Positions 19,673 to 29,256 of a stretch of 64,000 nucleotides of DNA are shown here, piece after piece. A model generated the notes under the pieces. That model worked only from the letters and a program-made list of their open reading frames with translations, was not told the origin of the DNA and did not search any database. Location of the stretch: positions 3,541 to 67,540 of the IMG/VR virus record IMGVR_UViG_3300046691_000092, one strand, 5' to 3'. This stretch comes from a virus. Position numbers and translations under genes: made by a program. Positions within the stretch are counted from its first letter, which is position 1. Every line of letters starts with the position of its first letter.

Positions 19673-20212
19673 ATGGTTATTCGAGTCAACGATATCGTCA
19701 AAATCGTCACACCGGAAATCTTCATTCGGTGTGGTTACCCCTTCGATCAGATAGCGGCGACAGATCATCTTGTTGACCATTACGCCGAAGATGTTCAGGC
19801 GCTGATTACCAAGATCGACCCGAACGCCAAATATCCCCGCCGCTTCGGAAGCGGAAAGGATTTCCGCGATCTTTGCGGGCGTATCGCCCGGATCGTCGCA
19901 ACGCGTGACGGCTTCGGCGGATGGACGCGGTCGCTTCACACGGAGCGGAAAGAAGAATGGACCGGGCTTCGGTGTCAGGTCCGCGCCAAGAAGGTACACA
20001 AGACCGGAAACTATTTTCCGCCGACGGGCGGGGATGAATGGTATGAGCCGGGCGGCTTGGATAACGAAAAGACACACGTCATATTGACCGTCTCGCCGAT
20101 CTGGTTTTATGACAATAACGGTCGGGTAAATCGAACGATATTCCCGGACGGTGCGCCGCCGTCACAGTTTCAAATCGAACGAATTCACGTCGAAAAGGAA
20201 AACACGCCTTGA
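19673..20212 (+). CDS. hypothetical protein
   Basis: Operon-tiling ORF. Confidence 0.55.
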   Translation: MVIRVNDIVKIVTPEIFIRCGYPFDQIAATDHLVDHYAEDVQALITKIDPNAKYPRRFGSGKDFRDLCGRIARIVATRDGFGGWTRSLHTERKEEWTGLRCQVRAKKVHKTGNYFPPTGGDEWYEPGGLDNEKTHVILTVSPIWFYDNNGRVNRTIFPDGAPPSQFQIERIHVEKENTP

Positions 20213-20426
20213 ACGTCCAGAACATGACCGCGAAAATTCTTCGCGAAATCAGCCGTCGCCAGTTTACGCACCAAGAAACGGCAGATATTTTCATCCTCGC
20301 AACGGCAATGCTGTTTTTCCAGATCGCCCACGGTCGACAAGAGGTTCAGTTTATCGGTGTCGACAAGTTCGCCGACGAAGTGAAAAACCTTCTTCGCACC
20401 TTCAACCTTGAAGCCGGTATTCCGAA

Positions 20427-20708
20427 TTGACCGGCCTTCCCGGTGTCAAGCCCGCATTCGTTGCCCCGGAATGGTTTATTCCGGGGTATCACCGGACACA
20501 ACGGAGAACACCGTTGACCCCGGAACACGTCTTCGTCGGCGAAGATTACCAGACGGTTTACACCGCCGAAGAAGTGCTTTCAGCCGTCGAACAGCGGTCG
20601 TTCTGCACAATCGGCCCGCTGCCGGTGATCCTGTTCCGCAAGGGCGTCATCAACGCCGAAGAATTTCTTGAATCGATCCACGCAAGGGATTTCAATATTG
20701 TCGGATGA
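20427..20708 (+). CDS. hypothetical protein (N-terminal GLPGVKP)
   Basis: TTGA-coupled to 20209..20430 and overlapping the polymerase start. Confidence 0.55.
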   Translation: MTGLPGVKPAFVAPEWFIPGYHRTQRRTPLTPEHVFVGEDYQTVYTAEEVLSAVEQRSFCTIGPLPVILFRKGVINAEEFLESIHARDFNIVG

Positions 20709-22776
20709 ACGCACCGAAGCGTACCCGCAAGACGTCGGGTTTGACCTTGAAGTTTACCAAGACGTTTTCACCGCAATTTTCGTCCACATCCTGACCGGGC
20801 ACCGATGGGTTTTCGAGATATCGGACCGGGTCAACCACTCGAAAGAGTTGTTCGAACAACTCTATCATGCCAAGCGCTGCAACATGCGCTTCGTGGGTTT
20901 CAATAACGTCGGGTTTGACTATCCGGTATTGCATGAATTCCTGAATATTTACGCCGCCCAAGGTGTGGTTTACCCGATTCAGCTTTACGCGAAATCGTCG
21001 TCCATTATTCATAGTGGGGACCGGTTCGGGTCGATGATTTGGCCGCGCGATCGGTTGATTCCGCAACTCGATTTGTATCTGATCCACCATTTTGACAATC
21101 CGGCGAAAACCACGAGCCTGAAGGCGCTGGAAATCAACATGCGGTCGCATACGGTCGAAGACTTGCCGTTTGATCCGAACTTCCCGATCGGTGTCGAGAA
21201 CATCCCGAAGCTGATCCAATACAACGCCCACGACGTCGCCGAGACGATCAAGTTCTACATGCATAGTCTTTCGGCGATCGAAACGCGTATGTCGCTCGTG
21301 GAAAAGATCGGCCCGGACGTCATCAACTACAATGACACGAAGATCGGCAAGGAATTCTTCATCGGCGAGCTTGAAAAAGCCCAACCGGGAATTTGCTTCG
21401 ATCGGTCGACGCGTAAGAAGGTGCCGCGACAGACGCCGCGCCCGAACGGAATCGCGCTCCGGGATGTGATCTTCCCATACGTCCAGTTTCAACACCCTGA
21501 ACTGCAACGCGTGCTGGAATACCTGAAGACGGTGACGATCACAAACACCAAGTCGGCGGAAGAACTGAAAGACCTTCACGCGATCATAAACGGGTTCCGG
21601 TTCGACTTCGGCACGGGCGGAATTCACGGATCGATTGAAAAGCGAATTGTGCGGTCGGATGATGATTATATCATCGTTGACGCCGACGTCGCTTCGTTCT
21701 ATCCGAACCTTGCGATCAAGAACCGGGTTTTCCCGGCGCACCTGTCGGAACTGTTTTGCACGGTCTATTCGGACCTATATGACACGCGTCAGAAGTACCC
21801 GAAGAAGTCCGCCACGAACCTTCTATACAAGCTCGCGCTGAACGGCGTCTACGGTGACAGCAACAACGTTTATGGCCCGTTCCTTGACCCGCAATATACC
21901 ATGACGATCACCGTCAACGGTCAGCTACTACTTTGCATGTGTGCGGAGTGGGTCATTGCCGAATGTGACGCCGAAATGATCCAAGCGAACACCGACGGTT
22001 TCACGGTTCGCATCCCCCGGAGCAAGCGCGCCCGGTACGATGAAATTTGCAAGTGGTGGCAAGACCTGACGAAGCTGACGCTTGAATTCGTGGACTATGA
22101 AGCGATGTTCATCCGCGACGTGAATTCGTATATTGCGAAGTCGACGTCCGGCAAGCTGAAGCGGGTAGGCGCATATCAGCATGTAACGCCCGTGGACGGC
22201 GAATCGTTCAAGAAGGCACCGGAACGCGGGTGGCACCAAGACCACGGGGCACTTGTCATTCAGAAGGCGGCGGAAGCGGCAATGTTGGCCGGGGCGGATA
22301 TCGGGCAATTCATCCGATCGCACAAAGACGCCTTTGATTTCATGATGCGAATCAAAGTACCGCGATCGTCCAAATTGTGCGCCGTTTACGCCGCGCCAAA
22401 GTGGGCTTATCCGGTTCACCACGAATGGGCCGGGCCATCGGGGCACGTGATCGGCTGGCAACAGAACGAAGCGCCGGTTCCCTTCATTGGTCCGCCGAAC
22501 GGCGCGATCGTGCAAAACATCTGCCGGTATTATGTAGCGAATACAAACGTTTCGCTTATGAAGATCATGCCGCCAATGCCGAAGAAACCGGACGCTGAAC
22601 GCCACTTCAGCGTTGAATCCGGGTGGAATGTTCATCTGTGCAACACCCTTGACGAATGGGACTGGTCGACGGTGAACTATGATTACTATATCGAAGAAGC
22701 AAAAAAGCTTGTGTTGACAGACGACGTCAAACCGGCATATCAGGGACTATTCGCGCCGGTCAAATTGGCCGCGTAA
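20668..22776 (+). CDS. DNA polymerase, family B-like, with 3'-5' exonuclease
   Basis: Exo motifs FDLEV, FNNVGFD, YNAHDV; pol motifs DADVASFYP, KLALNGVYG, QANTDG; start may be TTG 20698. Confidence 0.9.
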   Translation: MNRSTQGISILSDERTEAYPQDVGFDLEVYQDVFTAIFVHILTGHRWVFEISDRVNHSKELFEQLYHAKRCNMRFVGFNNVGFDYPVLHEFLNIYAAQGVVYPIQLYAKSSSIIHSGDRFGSMIWPRDRLIPQLDLYLIHHFDNPAKTTSLKALEINMRSHTVEDLPFDPNFPIGVENIPKLIQYNAHDVAETIKFYMHSLSAIETRMSLVEKIGPDVINYNDTKIGKEFFIGELEKAQPGICFDRSTRKKVPRQTPRPNGIALRDVIFPYVQFQHPELQRVLEYLKTVTITNTKSAEELKDLHAIINGFRFDFGTGGIHGSIEKRIVRSDDDYIIVDADVASFYPNLAIKNRVFPAHLSELFCTVYSDLYDTRQKYPKKSATNLLYKLALNGVYGDSNNVYGPFLDPQYTMTITVNGQLLLCMCAEWVIAECDAEMIQANTDGFTVRIPRSKRARYDEICKWWQDLTKLTLEFVDYEAMFIRDVNSYIAKSTSGKLKRVGAYQHVTPVDGESFKKAPERGWHQDHGALVIQKAAEAAMLAGADIGQFIRSHKDAFDFMMRIKVPRSSKLCAVYAAPKWAYPVHHEWAGPSGHVIGWQQNEAPVPFIGPPNGAIVQNICRYYVANTNVSLMKIMPPMPKKPDAERHFSVESGWNVHLCNTLDEWDWSTVNYDYYIEEAKKLVLTDDVKPAYQGLFAPVKLAA

Positions 22777-22790
22777 GACGAAACGGAGAA

Positions 22791-23162
22791 ATGCACCACA
22801 TGAGCAAACTTAAAATCTACCTTGCGGGACAAATGAGCGGAATTCCGAAATTCAACTTCCCGGCGTTCCATGCCGCTGCCGCGACGCTTCGCGCGCAAGG
22901 TCATTACGTGTTCAATCCGGCTGAAGCCGATATTGAGCGTTCCGGCGTCGACCCGTCCGTTCTGAACCCGGAAGGTGACCCGAACGGTAGCACCGCCGCA
23001 ATCCCCGGCCTGTCGCGTCGTGAATGCCTTGCTGCTGATCTGGCGTGGATCGCCGCCGAAGGTGAAGCGATCGCGCTTCTTCCCAATTGGGAGAATTCCA
23101 GCGGAGCGCGGGCGGAAAAGGCGCTTGCCGACGCCCTGAACCTTCGGGTGATTTACCTGTGA
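22791..23162 (+). CDS. DUF4406 / nucleoside 2-deoxyribosyltransferase-like protein
   Basis: KIYLAGQMSG...FNFPAF...NPAE...LLPNWENSSGARAE. Confidence 0.8.
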   Translation: MHHMSKLKIYLAGQMSGIPKFNFPAFHAAAATLRAQGHYVFNPAEADIERSGVDPSVLNPEGDPNGSTAAIPGLSRRECLAADLAWIAAEGEAIALLPNWENSSGARAEKALADALNLRVIYL

Positions 23163-23373
23163 GGGAAGCACCGGCACCGGAATACCGGTTCGACCCCGGT
23201 AAGATCAAAATCAAACTTATGTCGATTTTCGTCGCCAAGGGAATCGACGTCATGTCGGCGCTCGAATGTGCGCATGATTGCGTGACTGCCGGGAAGACAA
23301 CCGCGTTTTGGCGCGACCGTATGGCGGTACTTGACGCCGACGCGCTGGATAAAGACCTTGAAAGGATGAAAGC

Positions 23374-23670
23374 ATGAGCAAGGCAGGGGATAACGACACG
23401 GACGCGCACGGTGTCGCACGTGATCAGCTTCGGGCGTTCGTTGAACGTATCGAGCGACTCGAAGAAGAGAAAAAGACGATCGCCGAAGACATTAAGGATG
23501 TTTACGGCGAACTGAAGGGAATGGGCTTCGACGCCAAAATGGTCAAAAAAGTGATCGCACTTCGCAAGAAGGACGAACAAGAGCGCATGGAAGAAGATGC
23601 GATTCTTGAAACGTATATGGTGGCGCTTGGGATGCTCGCCGAAGGCAAGCTTCCGGGAACAACCGAATGA
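23374..23670 (+). CDS. gapR: GapR-family (DUF2312) nucleoid-associated protein
   Basis: [37 protein letters not shown]...YMVALGM matches the DUF2312 consensus. Confidence 0.9.
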   Translation: MSKAGDNDTDAHGVARDQLRAFVERIERLEEEKKTIAEDIKDVYGELKGMGFDAKMVKKVIALRKKDEQERMEEDAILETYMVALGMLAEGKLPGTTE

Positions 23671-23975
23671 TGGGAACCCGCGTCTATACGCTCCTGACGC
23701 CCGGTCAGAAAAAGGAACTTGTCGCACTCGCCGCCAAGCAAGACCGGTCCGTTTCCTACCTGATCGCCCGCGCGGTCAAAGATCACATCGGCGCGCGGGG
23801 TTGTGGTCATACGGCGGCGCAAGCAACTGAAAAGGCATTTGCGCGTACCGATCGCGACACCGCCGACTCCGTCAAGGACATGGCGGCTAAAACCGGTTGG
23901 TGTGAATGGCAAGTCGTGAACGCCGCAATCGAAACCTATTTGGAGACACATTCGGATGCGCTTTGTAACGCTTAA
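23667..23975 (+). CDS. tandem ribbon-helix-helix protein
   Basis: RVYTLL...[20 protein letters not shown] and a second similar unit. Confidence 0.6.
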   Translation: MMGTRVYTLLTPGQKKELVALAAKQDRSVSYLIARAVKDHIGARGCGHTAAQATEKAFARTDRDTADSVKDMAAKTGWCEWQVVNAAIETYLETHSDALCNA

Positions 23976-24516
23976 CGGACCGCTTCAGTGCGGTAAGTCG
24001 TGGGTCGTGAAGAACCTTCGCGCCCGGTTCCCGGAAACCCGCTTCGAAGCCGTGTCGTTTCAGGATACGCTCGCCGCGTCCGTGCCGATCCTGCTAGGTG
24101 TCGCCGGTGTCGACTATGAGACGTTCAAGAAAACCGACTATTATGGTCGGACCGGGCGCCAGCATATTATCGACGTGGCGACGAAGAAGCGCGAATTTGA
24201 CCCGCTATTCTTTTCACGCGTTCTCGCCGATCGGATGCGCACGATGAACCACACGACACATACGGGGCGGCGGCGCGTGTTCATCGCCGACTCGAACGGT
24301 TTCGCCGACGAACTCGGTTTCATGCGTGGTCAGACGGATATCGATCTGCTACCCTGTTCGATCGAACCGCCCGACACCGTGGCACGTGGCGAGAAATACC
24401 CTGATCCCGATTCGCGCTTCAATCTCGCGCACATGTGCGCCGTCGTCACGCCCGATTCATCGGTGATGCTAGAAAGACTTTCCGAAAGGCTGATTGCACG
24501 CGGTTGGGCGGCTTGA
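23956..24516 (+). CDS. dNMP kinase-like P-loop protein
   Basis: GPLQCGKS, SFQDTL, TGRQ, IADSNGFADE. Confidence 0.7.
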   Translation: MRFVTLNGPLQCGKSWVVKNLRARFPETRFEAVSFQDTLAASVPILLGVAGVDYETFKKTDYYGRTGRQHIIDVATKKREFDPLFFSRVLADRMRTMNHTTHTGRRRVFIADSNGFADELGFMRGQTDIDLLPCSIEPPDTVARGEKYPDPDSRFNLAHMCAVVTPDSSVMLERLSERLIARGWAA

Positions 24517-24544
24517 CGGCCCGGCGAATCGTGCTATCGTAGCT

Positions 24545-24803
24545 GCATTCGGAAGTTATATCTTCCTGCCGAAACAGTATAACGGGGTAAGGTCATGTAG
24601 ATCGCAACGCGGGGCGCGTAGGGACCGGAGACGGACCAATAAACCCTTGATAACGTACAGTGTTTAGATGGAATGTGAAGCGCGAAAGCCAGCGCGGTAA
24701 GAAGGCGTCCGGCCCGACTTTAGGGTGACAAGATCGGCCTTGAAAAGACGGAATTTTAAGATAGTCCTTGCCAAGCCCCGGAACTTCCGGGGCTTTTCTT
24801 TTT
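24545..24803 (+). ncRNA. candidate structured non-coding RNA
   Basis: Upstream TTGACG-N16-TATCGT; no ORF of note; several stems including GNRA loops; ends in an intrinsic terminator. Confidence 0.5.
24773..24803 (+). terminator. Rho-independent terminator
   Basis: AAGCCCCGGA-ACT-TCCGGGGCTT followed by TTCTTTTT. Confidence 0.9.
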
Positions 24804-24807
24804 GCGA

Positions 24808-24868
24808 TTGACGTCTGATCCGAAACGACTTATAAACGACGTCAACAACGCAACACGGAGCGACTCAC
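24808..24868 (+). promoter_or_regulatory. conserved promoter cassette, copy 4
   Basis: TTGACG-N17-TATAAA with CCGAAACGACT; ACGGAG RBS. Confidence 0.8.
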
Positions 24869-25723
24869 ATGGCTTTCATCCCGAAACTTTTCGTCAGTAT
24901 CGGCAAAGATCAGCATTTCTTTACACTTCGTGAAACCTACGAACACACCACATATTTGCCCGGCGCAAACGGCAACGCCGTGGTCAATGGCGTCTATCAG
25001 GGCACGGCGATCAAGGAAACGCGTTCGTTTCACCACTTCAACCTGTCGCAAGACGCGGACGAAGCTTGGCCGAAGGCGCAAGAAGCGTCAGCGCGCTTCG
25101 GGTTGCCGCTCATGGGCTCGCGTGACGAAATCGTTGAAGAAATGCGCGACATCGCACGCGCCACGGCTGAACAGCTTGCGCAGCGCGAAGCGGAGCGGCT
25201 TGAATGGGAAGCTGAACGAAAAGCCATGCGCGAAGCGGAATTTGCCCGCAAGGTCGCAATGATCAATGACGGCCTGTTCGCGTTCGGCCCGTTTGTCGGA
25301 AAGCCCTTCACGGAAGGCGAACCGGGCTATCTGGAATGGTTCGTGGATAAGCGCGATGACTTCGAAGTCGATTCGTTGCCGCGACTGACCGCCGATGCGA
25401 TCTTGAAGTTCGCTGCCGATCGACTGCCGCCCAAGGCTGACCCGAACAAGACGGTCGGCGAAGTGGGCAAGCGGATTGACCTTGACGTGACGGTTGTCCG
25501 GTCGTTCAGCTTCACCCGCGACGCGTTCAGCGGGTACGGTACGGAGACGGTGACAATTACGACTATGGTCACGTCCGACCGGACTTGTGTGGTCGTCAAG
25601 TCGACGGCGTTTTGCGCGGACGTCGGTGCATCGTTCAAGCTCCGGGGCACCGTCAAGGCGCATGAAGAATACAAGGGTCAAATGCAAACCATCCTGCAAC
25701 GTGTAAAGATGCTTGACGCATGA
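24869..25723 (+). CDS. early protein with probable C-terminal OB-fold
   Basis: VGEVGKRIDLDVTV...LRGTVKAHEEYKGQMQTILQRVK; internal FGPFVG...YLEW motif. Confidence 0.65.
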   Translation: MAFIPKLFVSIGKDQHFFTLRETYEHTTYLPGANGNAVVNGVYQGTAIKETRSFHHFNLSQDADEAWPKAQEASARFGLPLMGSRDEIVEEMRDIARATAEQLAQREAERLEWEAERKAMREAEFARKVAMINDGLFAFGPFVGKPFTEGEPGYLEWFVDKRDDFEVDSLPRLTADAILKFAADRLPPKADPNKTVGEVGKRIDLDVTVVRSFSFTRDAFSGYGTETVTITTMVTSDRTCVVVKSTAFCADVGASFKLRGTVKAHEEYKGQMQTILQRVKMLDA

Positions 25724-25769
25724 TACGAAACGACTTATAAACGTTGGTATTGAAACGGAGAAAACGAAA
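25713..25769 (+). promoter_or_regulatory. conserved promoter cassette, copy 5 (right arm deleted)
   Basis: TTGACG-N17-TATAAA-CGTTGGTATTGAAAC-GGAG. Confidence 0.8.
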
Positions 25770-27227
25770 ATGACTATCGCTCTTGTGAACGAAATCGCCG
25801 CTGACGTAATTGCTAACCTGAAGCGTAACCCTAATGGCTTCACGGCTGAAACGCTCGTTAAGAATTGGGAAGATCGTATTGCTTGGCTTGGTTTGAAAGT
25901 CGGCGGTCAGGCATGGGTTCGTGAACTGGTCAAGGTCGCCCGCGCCGGTTGGATCGCCACAACGCAAAAGACGACGGTTTTCATTCCGCCGAGCGAAGAA
26001 ACGCTTTCATGGGGTGGTTTCCTTGGCGGCGAATATGTTTCTACCGAAGAAATGCGCCTGACCGCCGACGAAGCCTTTGAAAAGAGGTTTGCGGCGTGAA
26101 AGAGGACACGTTTAAAGCTGGTGACGCGGTGCGAGTAAGTGCCGCGTTTCTTCGTTCGATATGCCCGTCAGCGGCGAAGGGTTGGCCGACGACTCGCGAT
26201 CCGGGGAAAGGTCAGGTTCTCGCGGTCACCCCTTGCGGTCATACCGATTTAGTGCACGTATGGTTTTTCGACTTATCGATACCGAAAACGTACAATTCCG
26301 CGAACTTGGTGCACGATCGCGATGTTTATCGCGAATCGATGTGTGCCGAACATCGAAACGAATTCAAGGTTATCTGACATGAAACAACTAATTCTGAACT
26401 TCCTATATCCGGACTTCGATTGCGCAGACTGCAACGGCATGTGCCGCATGTACGGCGCTTGCGAATGTGCCTATCATCATGCAGTTGCGCCGGGGGTCGG
26501 CCCGTCGAAGCTGATCCGGTTTCTTCGTCGCGCCTATGCGTTTCTGACGTCACCGGCATGGATGAACGAACCGACGGTCGTCGCCGAGTGGACGCGCACG
26601 ATGCAGGGTCATCCGTACTATCGGGCGTGGGAACTGCCGGACTTTTCCAACGACACTGCCGACACGCTGAAGCTTCGTGACTATTGCTTACGTGACGTCA
26701 TGAACGCCAGTTACGGGCGGTTCAGTGATCGGCGCGACCCCATGCCGGTTTACCGCGAGCTTGCGGCAGTCCGCGACGAAATGCGGGTGCGGAAGGCGCT
26801 GGCATGATCGTGTATCACGGGTTCGACGCGTATCGGCTGACCGGCTGGAAACTGTTCATAGGGCTTTTCAAACGCCCTGACGTCGCTTTCGGCGGGCTCT
26901 TGCACCGCTTCAACATCGCGTTCCACATCAGCCGTCAGTTCGGTTTCATGGTTGCGATCCACACTTACCCGGCTTGGGCGGACGTTCCGAGTGTCAAGGC
27001 CGAATATGAAAGGACTATGAGGCATGTCTGACCGTTATACACTGGAATATAAGCGGGAACGCTCATCTGACGGCAAGCAACTGACGCGGGTCGGGATTAC
27101 CTTTGAGGGGAAATGGTGCGGCTATTACAAATCATTCGCCGGGGCGATGACGTGTCTGACGATCCGCAAGGTCCCACCGGACGAAGCGCGCGCCGCCGTC
27201 GCGAAATATTGGCCGCATAAGGGTTGA
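25770..27227 (+). other. five small hypothetical genes (25770-26099, 26096-26377, 26379-26807, 26804-27031, 27024-27227)
   Basis: Coupled + strand ORFs behind cassette 5. Confidence 0.6.
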
Positions 27228-27369
27228 CGGCGGTCATGATCTATTTCAAGGGTGCGACTGCCTACGAACTTCAAATCGGTAAGGTGTGGGTGATGTGGTG
27301 TCACCTGACCGGAAATTATTGGCGATGGAAGCCTTGGCGGCGGTTCAGTATGGGACTCGAAAGAGACGG

Positions 27370-27431
27370 TTGACGGCACGTCCGAAACGACTTATAAGCG
27401 TTGGTGTTTCAATACCAACGGAGTGACCGAC
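27370..27431 (+). promoter_or_regulatory. conserved promoter cassette, copy 6 (spacer inverted)
   Basis: TTGACG-N17-TATAAG-CGTTGGT-GTTTCAAT-ACCAACG-GAGTGACCGAC. Confidence 0.85.
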
Positions 27432-27767
27432 ATGGCCGGGAAACAGTTTGAAATCTATCAGGCATACAAAGAACGCACGGAGCGGAACAACGTCAAGCCC
27501 GGCCCGTGTATCAAAGGTGACGCGGTGTTCAAGGAACTTCGCGCGAATATCGCGGATTTCGACTTCAACAAGCCTTACAGCACCACGACTCGTTATTGGG
27601 ACAACGGCCCACGCACGAAGGTTTTCAAGTTCGATGACGGTCGTATCGCCGAGTACGCTACGACGAATTCTGCGATCGGCACCGCGCTTCTTGTCGTGTT
27701 CGAAAAACACGATCACTGGCTCAACTACCGGCGTGCAATGGGCATGTTCCATTACCTGAACACTTAA
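27432..27767 (+). CDS. hypothetical early protein
   Basis: ATG after the cassette RBS. Confidence 0.7.
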   Translation: MAGKQFEIYQAYKERTERNNVKPGPCIKGDAVFKELRANIADFDFNKPYSTTTRYWDNGPRTKVFKFDDGRIAEYATTNSAIGTALLVVFEKHDHWLNYRRAMGMFHYLNT

Positions 27768-28993
27768 CCCGACGCGCCGCGTACCATTTCCGGGGAAAGT
27801 GTGAACCGCGACACTTCCCCGAATTCCTTGTGATAGACGATCGCTTTCGCGTCCCGCTTGGTCACATGCCCCATCGACGCGGAATAGGAATCAGCCGGGG
27901 CAAGCGTGCGGTGCCGCTCCGTCTTCATCAGATTGCTATCCTTGGCTTCGTCGTTATGCCAATGCCCGACATGACCGTACGAATGCGGGCAACGACCGAA
28001 GATTTCCCGGAACGTCCCGGCGAATGTGGCGTCAACGTCCTTGACCTGTCGCCGGTGCCCGTGGTGATAGAATAGTGCCGTCTTTCCCCATTCGAAAACG
28101 TAATATTCCGACGGCGTCGTGTCGATCGTGATCCGGGGTTCATCCTCATACAGCGCCGCGAAGCCTTCGCGCATCCATCCCGACGAATAGGGGTCATGGT
28201 TCGCCTTCGCCATGATGACATGAACGTGCATGTGTTTTTCGAGTAGCATTGCAATGATGCGCCGGACGACGCGGATAATCACGCGGATCATCTTTTGCGG
28301 ACGGCTGTCACCGTCGACCACGTGCTTTGACGTCGGCGTGACGGTTTCCATGCTGTCATAATGGGCAAGGTCGCCAAGCTGCGCAAATATGGCGGTGTGC
28401 GCTGCCGGTGCCATTGCAATCGCGGCGGTGAACCAATCCGTCAGGAGCTTTTCGCCGATCTGCAAATCATAGTCAGCGACGCGGGTTTCTTCGGCCCACG
28501 CCAGCATTCCGAAATGCAGGTCCGTCACGGTGTACTGAACGCAAAGCTGACCGTTGACGAAGGTCGGGGCGGCGGTGATCGGAAGTCGCGGCAAGGACGC
28601 CTTGAATTCGTCCAGCGCGAGCCGCCAAGCCGTCGCTGACTGCGTTTCGGTCTTGGTCTTGATCCATTTGACGATTTCGCGTCCGTCTTCGTCCACGAGC
28701 GCCGAGACGCCGCTAAGCGCCTGACCTTCCGGTATGGTGAAGATTTCACCGCGTTCCGGCTTTTGCTGGACAAATGTTCCGTTCGGGGTTTCGGTCGTCT
28801 GACTGACACGGAAGCCCGGCAGCACCGGCTTGAATCCGAGCAAGCCTTTTTCGGCGCAACGCTTCAACCTGTTGTCGAGTGATTGACGTTTGATACCGAG
28901 CGCGGCGGCGGTTTTGGTCTTGTTCTGGTCATTGTCGGCGTACGCCTTGGCGGTCGCTTCAATTTCTTCGTGGGTCAGCGTGAAGTTGGTCAA
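27764..28993 (-). CDS. HTH plus calcineurin-like metallophosphoesterase
   Basis: TDLHFG, LGDLAHYD, ANHD, HHGH, GHWH; N-terminal KTAAALGIKRQSL. Confidence 0.8.
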   Translation of the reverse strand: MTNFTLTHEEIEATAKAYADNDQNKTKTAAALGIKRQSLDNRLKRCAEKGLLGFKPVLPGFRVSQTTETPNGTFVQQKPERGEIFTIPEGQALSGVSALVDEDGREIVKWIKTKTETQSATAWRLALDEFKASLPRLPITAAPTFVNGQLCVQYTVTDLHFGMLAWAEETRVADYDLQIGEKLLTDWFTAAIAMAPAAHTAIFAQLGDLAHYDSMETVTPTSKHVVDGDSRPQKMIRVIIRVVRRIIAMLLEKHMHVHVIMAKANHDPYSSGWMREGFAALYEDEPRITIDTTPSEYYVFEWGKTALFYHHGHRRQVKDVDATFAGTFREIFGRCPHSYGHVGHWHNDEAKDSNLMKTERHRTLAPADSYSASMGHVTKRDAKAIVYHKEFGEVSRFTLSPEMVRGASG

Positions 28994-29256
28994 AGCGGGT
29001 TCCCCATAGCTTTCTCATGGATTTCGCGTGGGACGAAGACGGATTGCACGACGCATCCGTTCGTGTCGATCACCGCCGCGTAAATGTTGACCGCGCCCCG
29101 GATCGTCAGCATTGAAGAAATGTGGGCATCAGCGGGAAGCGGAAGGCCGATCAGGCTGGAATAGGTGCGAACCACGGACGCCGGAACGACCTGTTCGATT
29201 GCGAGCTTGTCACGGTCGGCAAGGCGCACAATGTCCGCGTCAGTAATACACGTCAT
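28990..29256 (-). CDS. hypothetical protein
   Basis: Coupled in the late operon. Confidence 0.55.
   Translation of the reverse strand: MTCITDADIVRLADRDKLAIEQVVPASVVRTYSSLIGLPLPADAHISSMLTIRGAVNIYAAVIDTNGCVVQSVFVPREIHEKAMGNPL

Noticed and set aside
18947-24516. Hypermodified-base pathway (dZ, 7-deazaguanine, hmU)
   Set aside because: No PurZ, DpdA/QueCDE/FolE or thymidylate-synthase-like gene recognised in the window; restriction-site avoidance argues for mostly unmodified DNA
24758-24767. AAGATAGTCC resembles the group I intron S element
   Set aside because: No convincing P, Q or R elements and no interrupted gene; the match is short
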